Origin: a virus
Lineage: Duplodnaviria > Caudoviricetes
IMG/VR virus record: IMGVR_UViG_2880505610_000001
Location: 40,773-104,772 of that record
Direction: 5' to 3' (one strand)
DNA length: 64,000 nucleotides
The position numbers and the translations under genes are program-made. Of the stretch, positions 45,992 through 54,404 are shown in pieces (the stretch's first letter is position 1; every line of letters starts with the position of its first letter). The notes under the pieces are model-generated. The model was not told the origin of the DNA, did not search any database, and was given only the letters and a program-made list of their open reading frames with translations.

Positions 45992-46671
45992 GTCGCCCTC
46001 CTACGGTCTTCGCCCTTGATCGAGACCTGCTGGCACATCTCCACCAGCCGCGACGCGACCCGCTCCCCCATTTCGGCCCTGAGCTGCTTGGGGAGGGCGT
46101 TGGAGGTGAACAGCGTGGGTCGCGCCGCCTCGTACCGCCGGTTCACCAGCCGGGTGTTGACCTCTTCCACCCACTCGGAGTTCTTTGCCGCGGCCAGGTC
46201 GTCCACGGCCAGCAGCGGCGCATTCACCACTGCGGCGAACTCGGCCTCGGCGTCGACCTGGTGCCGTGGACGCAGCCGCGCGTACAGGTCGGCCGCGGAG
46301 ATCACCAGCCAGCGGGCGTGGAGGCCGAACAGGCCGATGACCCGCATGGCGCCGTAGGTCTCGTGTGTCTTGCCGACGCCGGTCGGGCCGAGCAGAAGCA
46401 GCGACGGCCCGCGCTGTACCGTCGCGATCTGCTGTCCGCGCGCCTGCGACTGGGTGACCGCGGAACGGATCACCTCGGCCGCCCATGCCTGTACCTCGGG
46501 AACGGTGGGCAGGGCGTGCTCGAACCGTGCCGGGACGTGTTCTGCGGCGTATTCCGCCGCCTTCTGCGCGCGCTCAGAGATCAGGCGCTCGTCGGCGCCC
46601 AGCGGCATGTCCAGGCTGTGCCGGGCTTTGAAGTCGGTCAGCCACTCGTCCGTTGAGGGGGGTGTGGTCAT
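45988..46671 (-). CDS. DnaC/IstB-like helicase loader ATPase
   Basis: GPTGVGKTH, LAVDDL, TLFTSN, ERVASRL, GEDRR. Confidence 0.9.
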   Translation of the reverse strand: MTTPPSTDEWLTDFKARHSLDMPLGADERLISERAQKAAEYAAEHVPARFEHALPTVPEVQAWAAEVIRSAVTQSQARGQQIATVQRGPSLLLLGPTGVGKTHETYGAMRVIGLFGLHARWLVISAADLYARLRPRHQVDAEAEFAAVVNAPLLAVDDLAAAKNSEWVEEVNTRLVNRRYEAARPTLFTSNALPKQLRAEMGERVASRLVEMCQQVSIKGEDRRRAT

Positions 46672-46672
46672 G

Positions 46673-47737
46673 TCAGAGGCTTTCGTCGTAGGCGGATTGG
46701 TCCGCGGGGTTCTGGTAGGGCCGGTGGCCGCCTGAGGTGCCGGTTGGCCTCAGGCCGCGGCGCTGACGCACGTCTGTGATCGCGAACGTGAGGGTGTTCT
46801 GGGTGACTGGTCTTCCGTCCTGGCCGAGGGTGTTGAGAGCGAACGCCAGGTCGTCGCGGTCGATCTCGTTTCTCAGCGCGGTCAGGATGATCTGCCGGAT
46901 CGCGATCCACGACTGGGCGGTCGTCTTGGAGTACCGCTCCCAGTAGCCATTGGTCAGGCCGTCAGCGACGTCGTCCTCAGGGGTCCGGTTCGGCTTTCGT
47001 TTGGAGCGGCGCTTCTTCGGTTTGGCCTGCGCACCGGAGATCAGGAACAGGTCGGGTGCGTCGCTTCCCGGCGTCGACGGTGATCCGGCGGAGGGCTCGG
47101 GCGGAGGGGGTTCCTCCTCCTTGCTGCCGTCGTCCGCCTCCGGCGATCGGTTGGGGGAAGGGCTCGGCTGAGGGTTGCTGGAAGGGTCAGCGGAACCCTT
47201 AGGCGGAGGGGTCCCCGATCCCTTGCCGAGGCTGCGTTCAAGGTCGGCGATGAACCCGTCCAGGATTGGCTTGACGTTGTGAGACTTGCTCTGGTGGACG
47301 GGGATGCGCCGGAGTTCCTCAAGCAGTTCGGCGAGGATCGTGGGCGACTCCACAAGGGTCGCCGCTTCCCTCGCAGCCTTCAGCACGTTGGGCATCGCCC
47401 AGATCCCATCGAGACGGATCAAGGAGCGGACGAACACCTCCTCGGTGTCCTCGTCCACCACGATCAGCGGCCGGCTCGGCTCCACCGGGTCACCATCGGC
47501 GGAAGAGCGCTGGAACGGTCGCGACAGAGCCTTAAGGTCCTCTTCGACCTGCGCGGCCGTGAGCCCCTCGGCGGAACGTGCCCAGCGCCGCATGCGCAGC
47601 GAGATCACTCCGCAGTAGCTGAGGTCCTTCTGCGACAGCAGGAAGAAGTACAGGCGCTGCTCGCGCGGAGTGAGGGCGAGGAAAACCTCGTCGTTCCAGA
47701 TGGAGGCGAAGATCCTCGCCTCTTTGCGACCGGCCAT
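46673..47737 (-). CDS. Phage replication initiator protein
   Basis: ARIFASIWND..F..L..QRLYFFLLSQ.DLSYCG; Pro/Ser linker; upstream of loader and helicase. Confidence 0.82.
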   Translation of the reverse strand: MAGRKEARIFASIWNDEVFLALTPREQRLYFFLLSQKDLSYCGVISLRMRRWARSAEGLTAAQVEEDLKALSRPFQRSSADGDPVEPSRPLIVVDEDTEEVFVRSLIRLDGIWAMPNVLKAAREAATLVESPTILAELLEELRRIPVHQSKSHNVKPILDGFIADLERSLGKGSGTPPPKGSADPSSNPQPSPSPNRSPEADDGSKEEEPPPPEPSAGSPSTPGSDAPDLFLISGAQAKPKKRRSKRKPNRTPEDDVADGLTNGYWERYSKTTAQSWIAIRQIILTALRNEIDRDDLAFALNTLGQDGRPVTQNTLTFAITDVRQRRGLRPTGTSGGHRPYQNPADQSAYDESL

Positions 47738-47875
47738 CAGGTGTTGTGCTCCCCCTGCTAGTTCGCGGATAGGTGGTTGGTGACGCCTGCGAACCTATGC
47801 CAACCGTACATGTGGCATTGGCCAATAGGCAACGTGGCATACTGGCCACATGCGCATGCGTGCGACCATGGAGAG

Positions 47876-48115
47876 GTGTCGGATCCGATGACCGCCGTCC
47901 TCGCCGCCCGCGAGCACTTCCAGCAGGCCCAGAAGGACGCCAAGCGCGCGGTAGACCGTGCTCGAGCCGCCTTCGGCAAGAGCATCAAGGAGGCCCGTGA
48001 ACCCGGCGGCGCCACCCAGGAGCGGATCAGGGCTGAGCTGAAGCTCACCCGTGAACAGGTCCGCCGGTACGAGCGGTTCTACGAACAGTGGCGCGAGAAG
48101 AACGGCGAGCCCTGA
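47876..48115 (+). CDS. Small HTH protein on the opposite strand
   Basis: GKSIKEAREPGGATQERIRAELKLTREQVRRYE; GGAGAGG RBS. Confidence 0.7.
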   Translation: MSDPMTAVLAAREHFQQAQKDAKRAVDRARAAFGKSIKEAREPGGATQERIRAELKLTREQVRRYERFYEQWREKNGEP

Positions 48116-48117
48116 CA

Positions 48118-48537
48118 TCACGCCGCTCCCCTCTCGGCCGGCGCCTCTGACGCCCCGGCCTTGAGTTCTGCTCGGCAGTGCTTGCATCGGGACCGGAGGC
48201 CGTCACGCTTGGACCTGTCCACGCCGAAGTCGCGGACCGACCGGACCTGCTGGCAGCCAGCGCACCACTTCTCCCCCGGTGCGATTACAAGCTGCCCGTA
48301 TGGGAGCTGGTCCTGGCCGTGGGTCCAGGCGATCAGTTCGGAGAACGTCGCGTCGTCCGGGACCAGGACGGCGAGGGCGATGATCAGCGCAGCGATGCGG
48401 TCACGGTGGCCGGCGTCCAAGAGCGGGCCCAGGACTGCGGCGACAGCGGAGGCATCGCGGTCCCGGACGGTCACGGCCAGTTGGGTCGCCGACGGCAGCG
48501 CGTCATCGATGAGGGCGTCGAGAGGGTGCGCGGTCAT
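48118..48537 (-). CDS. Hypothetical protein with C-terminal Zn finger
   Basis: KWCAGC...DGLRSRCKHC. Confidence 0.7.
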   Translation of the reverse strand: MTAHPLDALIDDALPSATQLAVTVRDRDASAVAAVLGPLLDAGHRDRIAALIIALAVLVPDDATFSELIAWTHGQDQLPYGQLVIAPGEKWCAGCQQVRSVRDFGVDRSKRDGLRSRCKHCRAELKAGASEAPAERGAA

Positions 48538-48845
48538 GCCGCCCTCCCCCGCTCACGCCGCATCCTCCGCTTGCGCTCAGCGGCCCGTTCGTCGGCATCC
48601 AGGCCGCCCCACACGCCATGCTGAGGGGCCTCTGCCAGCGCGGCGTCGAGGCACTTGGTCCGGACAGGGCAGCCGGAGCACACCAGCTTCGCGCGCTTCT
48701 CCCGGGCGACGCGGTCGTGGTTGCGTTCGCCCTCGGGCCCGAAGAACAGCTCGAGGTTCATTCCGGAGCAGTTGGCCTTGTCCTGCCACGTCCAGTCCGC
48801 GCCGACGGCCCGGCGCGGCTCCGCCAGCTCCGGCTTGTGGGTCAC
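48534..48845 (-). CDS. whiB: WhiB-family transcription factor
   Basis: WQDKANC, LFFG, AKLVCSGCPVRTKCL, GVWGGL. Confidence 0.95.
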   Translation of the reverse strand: MTHKPELAEPRRAVGADWTWQDKANCSGMNLELFFGPEGERNHDRVAREKRAKLVCSGCPVRTKCLDAALAEAPQHGVWGGLDADERAAERKRRMRRERGRAA

Positions 48846-49663
48846 TGGGTCACCGCCTTGAGCCGGGGGAACTCACGAACACGAAGCTCGGCCGGCCAGT
48901 ACTGCATGTCGCCGCCCTTCGGGTCTCCGTGCGCCGCAACCGTCTTCCCAGCCGTGAGCCAGTCGCTCGCCCAGACGCTGCCCATCTGCTTGACGAACAC
49001 GGGCACATCGACGTCCTGGCAGGTCTGGACGATGTCGATCGCCCACGCGAGATCCATCTCGCGGGCGCCAGGGCCGCTCTCACCGCCGACGATGGCCCAG
49101 GACACGGCAGTGAGATCGAGTGCGTGCAGCGGTCCGAGGAGCGGCTCAAGGGACAGGAACCGGACAGCGGCCGGCGTCGTGGCGAGATCCGCTACCCGGT
49201 GGAGCTGGGTAGCGTCCTCCACGGACACGCCCATCCACACGTTCGGTGGCCACTCCAGGTCGGCGGCCATGCGTCGAAGCCGCATCGACCGCTTCGTCAG
49301 CACCTGATACGTGTGCTGCGGCGTGTCCGCCATCACCTCGAACACCCGGCGGATGAAGTCCTTCGGGACGCGTGCGTGGAACAGGTCGCTCATCGAGTTC
49401 ACGAACACGGTCCGCGGCTTGCGCCACCGGTACGGGAGGTTGAGGGCGTCCTCATGGACGGACAGACCGAACCCGGGTCCAGACGTGCGGGGGTCGCCGT
49501 CGTTCTGATACTTGGCCTGGCCCATCGCCTTTAGGCGCTTTGCCATCGTGAGGGCGTAGCAGTTATCGCATCCTGCGGAGATCCGGTCACAACCGGTAGA
49601 TGGATTCCAGGTCTCACCTGCGAAGCCGTCGCGGTGGGTCCACTCAATGTTCGTTGCCGCCAT
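48842..49663 (-). CDS. DUF5131 (phage Gp37/Gp68) radical-SAM-like protein
   Basis: IEWT, TWNPSTGCDRISAGCDNCYA, FVNSMSDLFH, QVLTKR, SLEPLLG, VGGESG, FVKQMG. Confidence 0.92.
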   Translation of the reverse strand: MAATNIEWTHRDGFAGETWNPSTGCDRISAGCDNCYALTMAKRLKAMGQAKYQNDGDPRTSGPGFGLSVHEDALNLPYRWRKPRTVFVNSMSDLFHARVPKDFIRRVFEVMADTPQHTYQVLTKRSMRLRRMAADLEWPPNVWMGVSVEDATQLHRVADLATTPAAVRFLSLEPLLGPLHALDLTAVSWAIVGGESGPGAREMDLAWAIDIVQTCQDVDVPVFVKQMGSVWASDWLTAGKTVAAHGDPKGGDMQYWPAELRVREFPRLKAVTQ

Positions 49664-50154
49664 CAGGCAGCCCTCCGCTCTGCCTCGCGGGCGTGGTGGC
49701 ATGTGGTGCAGACGGGCTCGACGTCCTCGTGGTGCTCGGGGGCGTAGCCGAGGTGGTGGTCGTACTCGTGGCGTCGCTGCTCGGGCGTGTAGACGTGGCC
49801 GCAGTCCACGCAAGGCAGTTCGTTGGGGTCGGGGATGAGTCCCGCGTCGACCAGATAGTTCACTCGGCCGCGGGCCTGGCGCGCGTCGCCGTCACGGGCC
49901 GGAACGAACCTTCGCCCCTTCTCCGGACGCGGTCGCGGCTGATAGAGCTGCTGGGAGCGGCGTGAACGGTGGTTCCTGCACGCTGCGGTGAGTCCGTCGT
50001 AGCGGCTGCGGTCCACAGCGAATTCGCCCCGGTCATGCCAGGTCTTGCATCCGCCGCACCACTTCTCGCCGGCGTTTACTCGCTTGCGGTATTCGTCGAG
50101 CGTCAGGCCGATACGCGCGGCAGCGGCTTTCTCGACACCAGCAGCACTACCCAT
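49663..50154 (-). CDS. Zn-finger/HNH-like protein
   Basis: KWCGGC, PCVDCG, HEYDHHLGY, VCTTCH. Confidence 0.75.
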   Translation of the reverse strand: MGSAAGVEKAAAARIGLTLDEYRKRVNAGEKWCGGCKTWHDRGEFAVDRSRYDGLTAACRNHRSRRSQQLYQPRPRPEKGRRFVPARDGDARQARGRVNYLVDAGLIPDPNELPCVDCGHVYTPEQRRHEYDHHLGYAPEHHEDVEPVCTTCHHAREAERRAA

Positions 50155-50662
50155 GAGTGGTCTCCGTGGGGGTGTTGATCGAGCGAGCAACGAGCTGGGC
50201 GCGGACGGCCTCGTCCACCTCGGCCGGGAGTCGCCACAGGCCCAGGGCGCCCTTGCACGGCACTGGCTCGGCCAGGGGGCGGACGTTCGCCAGTTGCCAG
50301 TGCCACTGGCCGGCGACGGCCCATGGCGAGCAGAGGTTCGTGGCCCCGAGCCCGTACGGGATCACCTGGTCGTCGTAGCCGCCGCAGGGGACGTCGGGGT
50401 CTCCGTCCTCGTGGCAGCCGACGATCTCGGCGACGGCAACCACAGCGCCACGGACGTCCTGCTGGGCGGCCTGCCGGGGCGTCAGCCCGGTCATCTCGGC
50501 GATCCAGTCGAGCGTGGCCGGTGAGACGTCGTCGAACGCCTTGGAGGCGTGTACCGCGATGAGTCCGCGGTACCGGGTCGGGCGGGACCTGTTCTCAACG
50601 TCCTTGCCGTGGCAGATGGCCATGCTCCACGGCTGCTTCACCGAGAGGGCGCGGAGAGTCAT
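50147..50662 (-). CDS. ASCH-domain protein
   Basis: ALSVKQPW..AI.HGKDVENRS...RGLIAVHA...KGALGLW. Confidence 0.9.
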   Translation of the reverse strand: MTLRALSVKQPWSMAICHGKDVENRSRPTRYRGLIAVHASKAFDDVSPATLDWIAEMTGLTPRQAAQQDVRGAVVAVAEIVGCHEDGDPDVPCGGYDDQVIPYGLGATNLCSPWAVAGQWHWQLANVRPLAEPVPCKGALGLWRLPAEVDEAVRAQLVARSINTPTETTHG

Positions 50663-51045
50663 GACGCACCGGCCTTCCCGGTGACGTACACCCAGTCGTC
50701 GCCACCCCGCTGGCCCGCGGCTGCCTTGAACGCGGCGCGCACCGTGTCGTAGTGCGGGTAGCTAGCCTGAGCGCGCGCGACTTTGTCAGCGTCCGCCGCG
50801 GGCAGCGGCGGCTTCTCGATCCGCTCGTCTTCGTCCTCGTCCTTGTACGTCCAGCAGTCGCGGCAGACGATGCGGCCCTCGATGCGGATCCAGCCCTGGA
50901 CGTCTTCGCAGTCGTCCGCAGGGAAGAACTTGTCGACCTCTTCCTTGGTCCACAGGACGCGGCTGCCTTCGTAGTCGTCGTCCTCGAAGGGGCGGTTGCA
51001 GCGCGAGCAGTGGAGGATGACGCGGAGGGTGGGTTCGAGGATCAT
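50659..51045 (-). CDS. Zn-finger hypothetical protein
   Basis: CSRC...GW...CRDC. Confidence 0.65.
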   Translation of the reverse strand: MILEPTLRVILHCSRCNRPFEDDDYEGSRVLWTKEEVDKFFPADDCEDVQGWIRIEGRIVCRDCWTYKDEDEDERIEKPPLPAADADKVARAQASYPHYDTVRAAFKAAAGQRGGDDWVYVTGKAGAS

Positions 51046-51569
51046 GATGTCTTCGCCTCCTCGGCCTCGAGGGCGGCGTAGTACTCCGACAGCTTGATCC
51101 GCTGCCACACGGCCGGGTCGATCTTGTCGGCGTCGCTGACGGCCGGGTCGATCGACCAGGTCACGTACACCGCGTCGCCGTGCTTGGCGACTCCGGGATA
51201 GGCGAACCGGCGCATGTCGAAGCCGACCTCGGGCATCCCGCCGGGGAGGTCCTTGCGCGGGTCGGGCCGGGTCAACGTCGCGAGCCGAGCGTCGATCTTC
51301 CTGCCGGCGGAGGTGCGGAGTGCGGGCACGATCGCTTCCGGCAGGCTCCGGTCGCGGCGCCACCCTTCGGGGATGTCCTCGTCCTGGGGGTGCTCGACAC
51401 CGATGACACGCGTGCTGCCCTGGGTGGCGAAGCGGCGGCCGAGGAAACCCAGGTCCGCGATGGTCTCTTCGACCGTTTCGCGCCACTGGCGCTGCGCCGA
51501 AGTGCTGGCGGTGTTCTCCCAGTGGGCGAGCACGTCCGGATGGGCGCTCTTGTAGACAACTTCAGGCAT
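51042..51569 (-). CDS. Hypothetical protein
   Basis: PEGWRR ... WQRIKLSEYY. Confidence 0.75.
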   Translation of the reverse strand: MPEVVYKSAHPDVLAHWENTASTSAQRQWRETVEETIADLGFLGRRFATQGSTRVIGVEHPQDEDIPEGWRRDRSLPEAIVPALRTSAGRKIDARLATLTRPDPRKDLPGGMPEVGFDMRRFAYPGVAKHGDAVYVTWSIDPAVSDADKIDPAVWQRIKLSEYYAALEAEEAKTS

Positions 51570-51795
51570 GGAAGGTCTCCTGCTTGGGGGGTGTGTAGCG
51601 GCGGCAGCCGCAGGGGGTGGCCTCAGGCCCGGTGGAGGTCGAGCAGCCGGTGCGGGTCCGGCGGTCGCCGGCGAGGCCGTGGAACACGTCCAAGTGCTGG
51701 CACGCGTCGCACGGGATACCGGGCCGGGTGGTGGCCTCGCCTGCCGCAGGGGCGGCGCCTTCCGGCAGGCGAGGAGACTGGGGACGGCGGGTCAT
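51562..51795 (-). CDS. Small Cys/His protein
   Basis: CDACQH...H...C...CGCRRY. Confidence 0.6.
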   Translation of the reverse strand: MTRRPQSPRLPEGAAPAAGEATTRPGIPCDACQHLDVFHGLAGDRRTRTGCSTSTGPEATPCGCRRYTPPKQETFHA

Positions 51796-52109
51796 GACGC
51801 ATCCCGCCTCAAAAGCTGGCCCGCGGGCACCTGGAGGGACGCGACCGTCTCCTCCAGGGCGTAGATGCGGCACCAGGGGCATGCGAGGTTCTCGCCCGCG
51901 GCCCACCAGGGTTCGTGCTGGCCGGCGGGGCAGGTCTGCAGGCTGACGCGGGGACGGCCGTTGAACCCGTCGATCAGTGCGGTGCGGGCCTTCGCCAGCA
52001 CCAGGTGCGGGTCAGCCCCGCCGTTGTCGATGATGTGGAGTGCCACAGACGCGGCGCCCACGGCGCGGACCGCGTCCAGGTCCGGGTTGGGGGTCTGGTG
52101 GTCGTTCAC
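51792..52109 (-). CDS. Hypothetical protein
   Basis: CPAGQHEPWW...CPWCRI. Confidence 0.65.
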   Translation of the reverse strand: MNDHQTPNPDLDAVRAVGAASVALHIIDNGGADPHLVLAKARTALIDGFNGRPRVSLQTCPAGQHEPWWAAGENLACPWCRIYALEETVASLQVPAGQLLRRDAS

Positions 52110-52435
52110 CGGTCACCGTCCTCAGGGATGGTGATGATCTGCGCCGTCGTCGCGGACGCGTCGCCGCGCTCGACGTGCCGGAGCCGCTCGAGGAGGTAGC
52201 CGTTGACTCTGTGGAGTTCGGCGGACTCGGCGCGCAGCGCGTCGATCCGGCCGCGGCCTTGGGTGGCGCCGGTGAGGTAGGCGGCGGCCACCGACACGAC
52301 CAGAAGGGCGACGGAGGGCTGCCACACGAACAGCGCGGCCGAGACGCCCAGCGCCGCGGCGGCGAGGGTCAGCAGCGGCCGGCGCGTCACCGCGTCCACG
52401 GCCCGGTCGACGGTCTTGGGGATGCGGATGCTCAT
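52106..52435 (-). CDS. Membrane protein (2 TM)
   Basis: MSIRIPKTV... two hydrophobic helices then coiled coil. Confidence 0.65.
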   Translation of the reverse strand: MSIRIPKTVDRAVDAVTRRPLLTLAAAALGVSAALFVWQPSVALLVVSVAAAYLTGATQGRGRIDALRAESAELHRVNGYLLERLRHVERGDASATTAQIITIPEDGDR

Positions 52436-53034
52436 GCCGCCCTCCCCACCGGCGTGACCGCCCCGTCGTGGTCGAGTAGGACGAGGCCGAGCTTCCAGTG
52501 CAGGACCGGCGTAGTGGCAGGGTCCTGTCCGAACCGCAGCCAGTAGCCAGCCAGGTTGTCGGCGGAGGCGCGCTGCTCGACGCGGCCATGGCATCCCGTG
52601 ATTCCAGATCCTCCGAGCAGGAGCAGGTTCGCCGGCGAGTGGATCAGCGGATCCGTGGATCCGCCCATGCCCCGGGCCCGGCGGTGCTGGAGACTGTGCG
52701 GCTGCCCAGTCAGCGGGGCGCCGCAGCAGAAGCAGACGCAGCCGTCGCGTTCCATGACCAGCGTCCGGATCCTCCTGGGGATATCCGTGGACGGAGATGG
52801 GCCGCGCAGCGAGGTCAGGTGCCACCAGCCGTAGCCGCACTTGTAGGCCCGCTGGGGGCGCTTGTCCGCGTCGCTGAGCATGGCGATCCTGTTCAGCGCC
52901 GCCAGCGCCGCGGCCTCGGTGGCGTACGCCTTCTTGTCGCAGCACCGGCCCGGCTGCACCAGCCGGGTGCGGCGCCGCAGCGGCATCCTCGTGTTCAGTC
53001 GGGTGCGGCGGGACAAGCGGCTCGAGCGCTTCAC
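52432..53034 (-). CDS. HNH endonuclease-family protein
   Basis: RAYKC...WHLTS finger; ERDGCVCFCCG, QHRRARGMGG, PANLLLL, GCHGRVE. Confidence 0.8.
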   Translation of the reverse strand: MKRSSRLSRRTRLNTRMPLRRRTRLVQPGRCCDKKAYATEAAALAALNRIAMLSDADKRPQRAYKCGYGWWHLTSLRGPSPSTDIPRRIRTLVMERDGCVCFCCGAPLTGQPHSLQHRRARGMGGSTDPLIHSPANLLLLGGSGITGCHGRVEQRASADNLAGYWLRFGQDPATTPVLHWKLGLVLLDHDGAVTPVGRAA

Positions 53035-53378
53035 GGCGACCACCCCGACTGAGCCAGCGACGCCTCCGCACGCGCAGTGCTTGCCAAGGTCCGTCCGACG
53101 TCGATGCGGGCGTGAAGAGCGCGGATGTGCTCCTTCTGCAGCCGAACCAACGCGGCAGCCTTGCCCCAGATCCGCCACTCCTCGTCGCACTCGAAGATGG
53201 CGATCTGCTTGCGGTCCTCAACCGACCCAGCCGCTCCGCGGAAAATCTTGGAGTACTTGACGCGGAAGGCGCCCTCGGCCTCGATCGCCTCGTTCTCCAG
53301 GCGACCGAGGTCGTCCTTGGCCTTATCGAGGTCGACGCCGAGTTTGCCGAGCTGCTCAGCGATCGTGAACGGGTTCAC
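53031..53378 (-). CDS. Helical hypothetical protein in the recombination module
   Basis: GSVEDRK...RIDVGRTL. Confidence 0.7.
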   Translation of the reverse strand: MNPFTIAEQLGKLGVDLDKAKDDLGRLENEAIEAEGAFRVKYSKIFRGAAGSVEDRKQIAIFECDEEWRIWGKAAALVRLQKEHIRALHARIDVGRTLASTARAEASLAQSGWSP

Positions 53379-54403
53379 TGCTTCTCACCCCCGGCCTGCG
53401 GTAGAGCCCGCCAGCGGTCGCGGAGGAAGTCGGCGAGGTCTTCGAAGGTGTCGGGGCTGGTAGCGACCAGGTCTTCGCCCACTCGCTCGTCCTTGGCGAG
53501 ATCGACGAGAGCCTCGATCTCCTGCCTGGTACTGGCGGACTTCGCACGGTCGGCGATCTGTTGGGCAGTCAGTGGCGCCTCCCCTGTCTGCGGGAGCTGG
53601 CTAGGCGTGGGGTGGGGAGCCTGGACGCCGCTGGTGAGCTGCCGCTGCTGTCCGGCTGGTGGCGGCGGAAGCTGTGCCTGCAGTCCGCCGGCCTCCAGTT
53701 GGCCCGACGCGATCTGCCGGAACGTCGCCATGACCTCGAGCACCGGCACCGGGAACTTCTTGGTCCGTCCGCGGGCAACACGCTGCCGGTGCTCGATCCG
53801 CAAGACCGCGGGCAGGAACACGCCCTGGTCTCGGGCGGCCTGCATCAACGCCGCGGCATCACCGATCTCCACGGCCGCGTAGTAGGAGTGGGTGTCGAGG
53901 CGGAACACGCCCAGGCCGGGCAGGTCCGGAATCATCACCGAGATCCGGGTGATCGCCTTGCATGCCTGGGGCGGATTCAGTGCTGCGAGGCGGGCTCGTT
54001 CCTTCGCTGCCGCCTCGATCTGAGACAGGTCGTTCGGGTCATCGGCGTGCGGGCACTGGCAGGGGCCACCGCTGATCTGCTCGATCTGGGAGTCGCAGCG
54101 GCGGGAACAGCCGCCCTTACTCCACATTTCGTACCACTGCGACACGACCTGGTCGCGGGGCGGGACGGTCACGCCGATCGTGTCGCGGCCCGTGATGACT
54201 TCGAACTCGTTGTTCCAGTCCTTCACCGTCCCGCCGTACAGCTCGGCGATCGCGTCGGCGGCGACCCGGGACTGCGTGGTGAAGCGGAAGGTGTCCAGGC
54301 GGGCTGGCCGCATCTTGTTCGGGTCCTGCTTCGAGGGCACCTGCTGGCCGATCCGGAGGCGGCCGATCTGCTGACCGCGGCGCTGTATGTCGAGAAGGGG
54401 CAT
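53375..54403 (-). CDS. Gp3-like recombination directionality factor-like protein
   Basis: MPLLDIQRR..QIGRLRIG...RPARLDTFRFT...AELYGG, RRCD, GVFRLDTHSYYAA. Confidence 0.75.
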   Translation of the reverse strand: MPLLDIQRRGQQIGRLRIGQQVPSKQDPNKMRPARLDTFRFTTQSRVAADAIAELYGGTVKDWNNEFEVITGRDTIGVTVPPRDQVVSQWYEMWSKGGCSRRCDSQIEQISGGPCQCPHADDPNDLSQIEAAAKERARLAALNPPQACKAITRISVMIPDLPGLGVFRLDTHSYYAAVEIGDAAALMQAARDQGVFLPAVLRIEHRQRVARGRTKKFPVPVLEVMATFRQIASGQLEAGGLQAQLPPPPAGQQRQLTSGVQAPHPTPSQLPQTGEAPLTAQQIADRAKSASTRQEIEALVDLAKDERVGEDLVATSPDTFEDLADFLRDRWRALPQAGGEKQ

Positions 54404-54404
54404 G

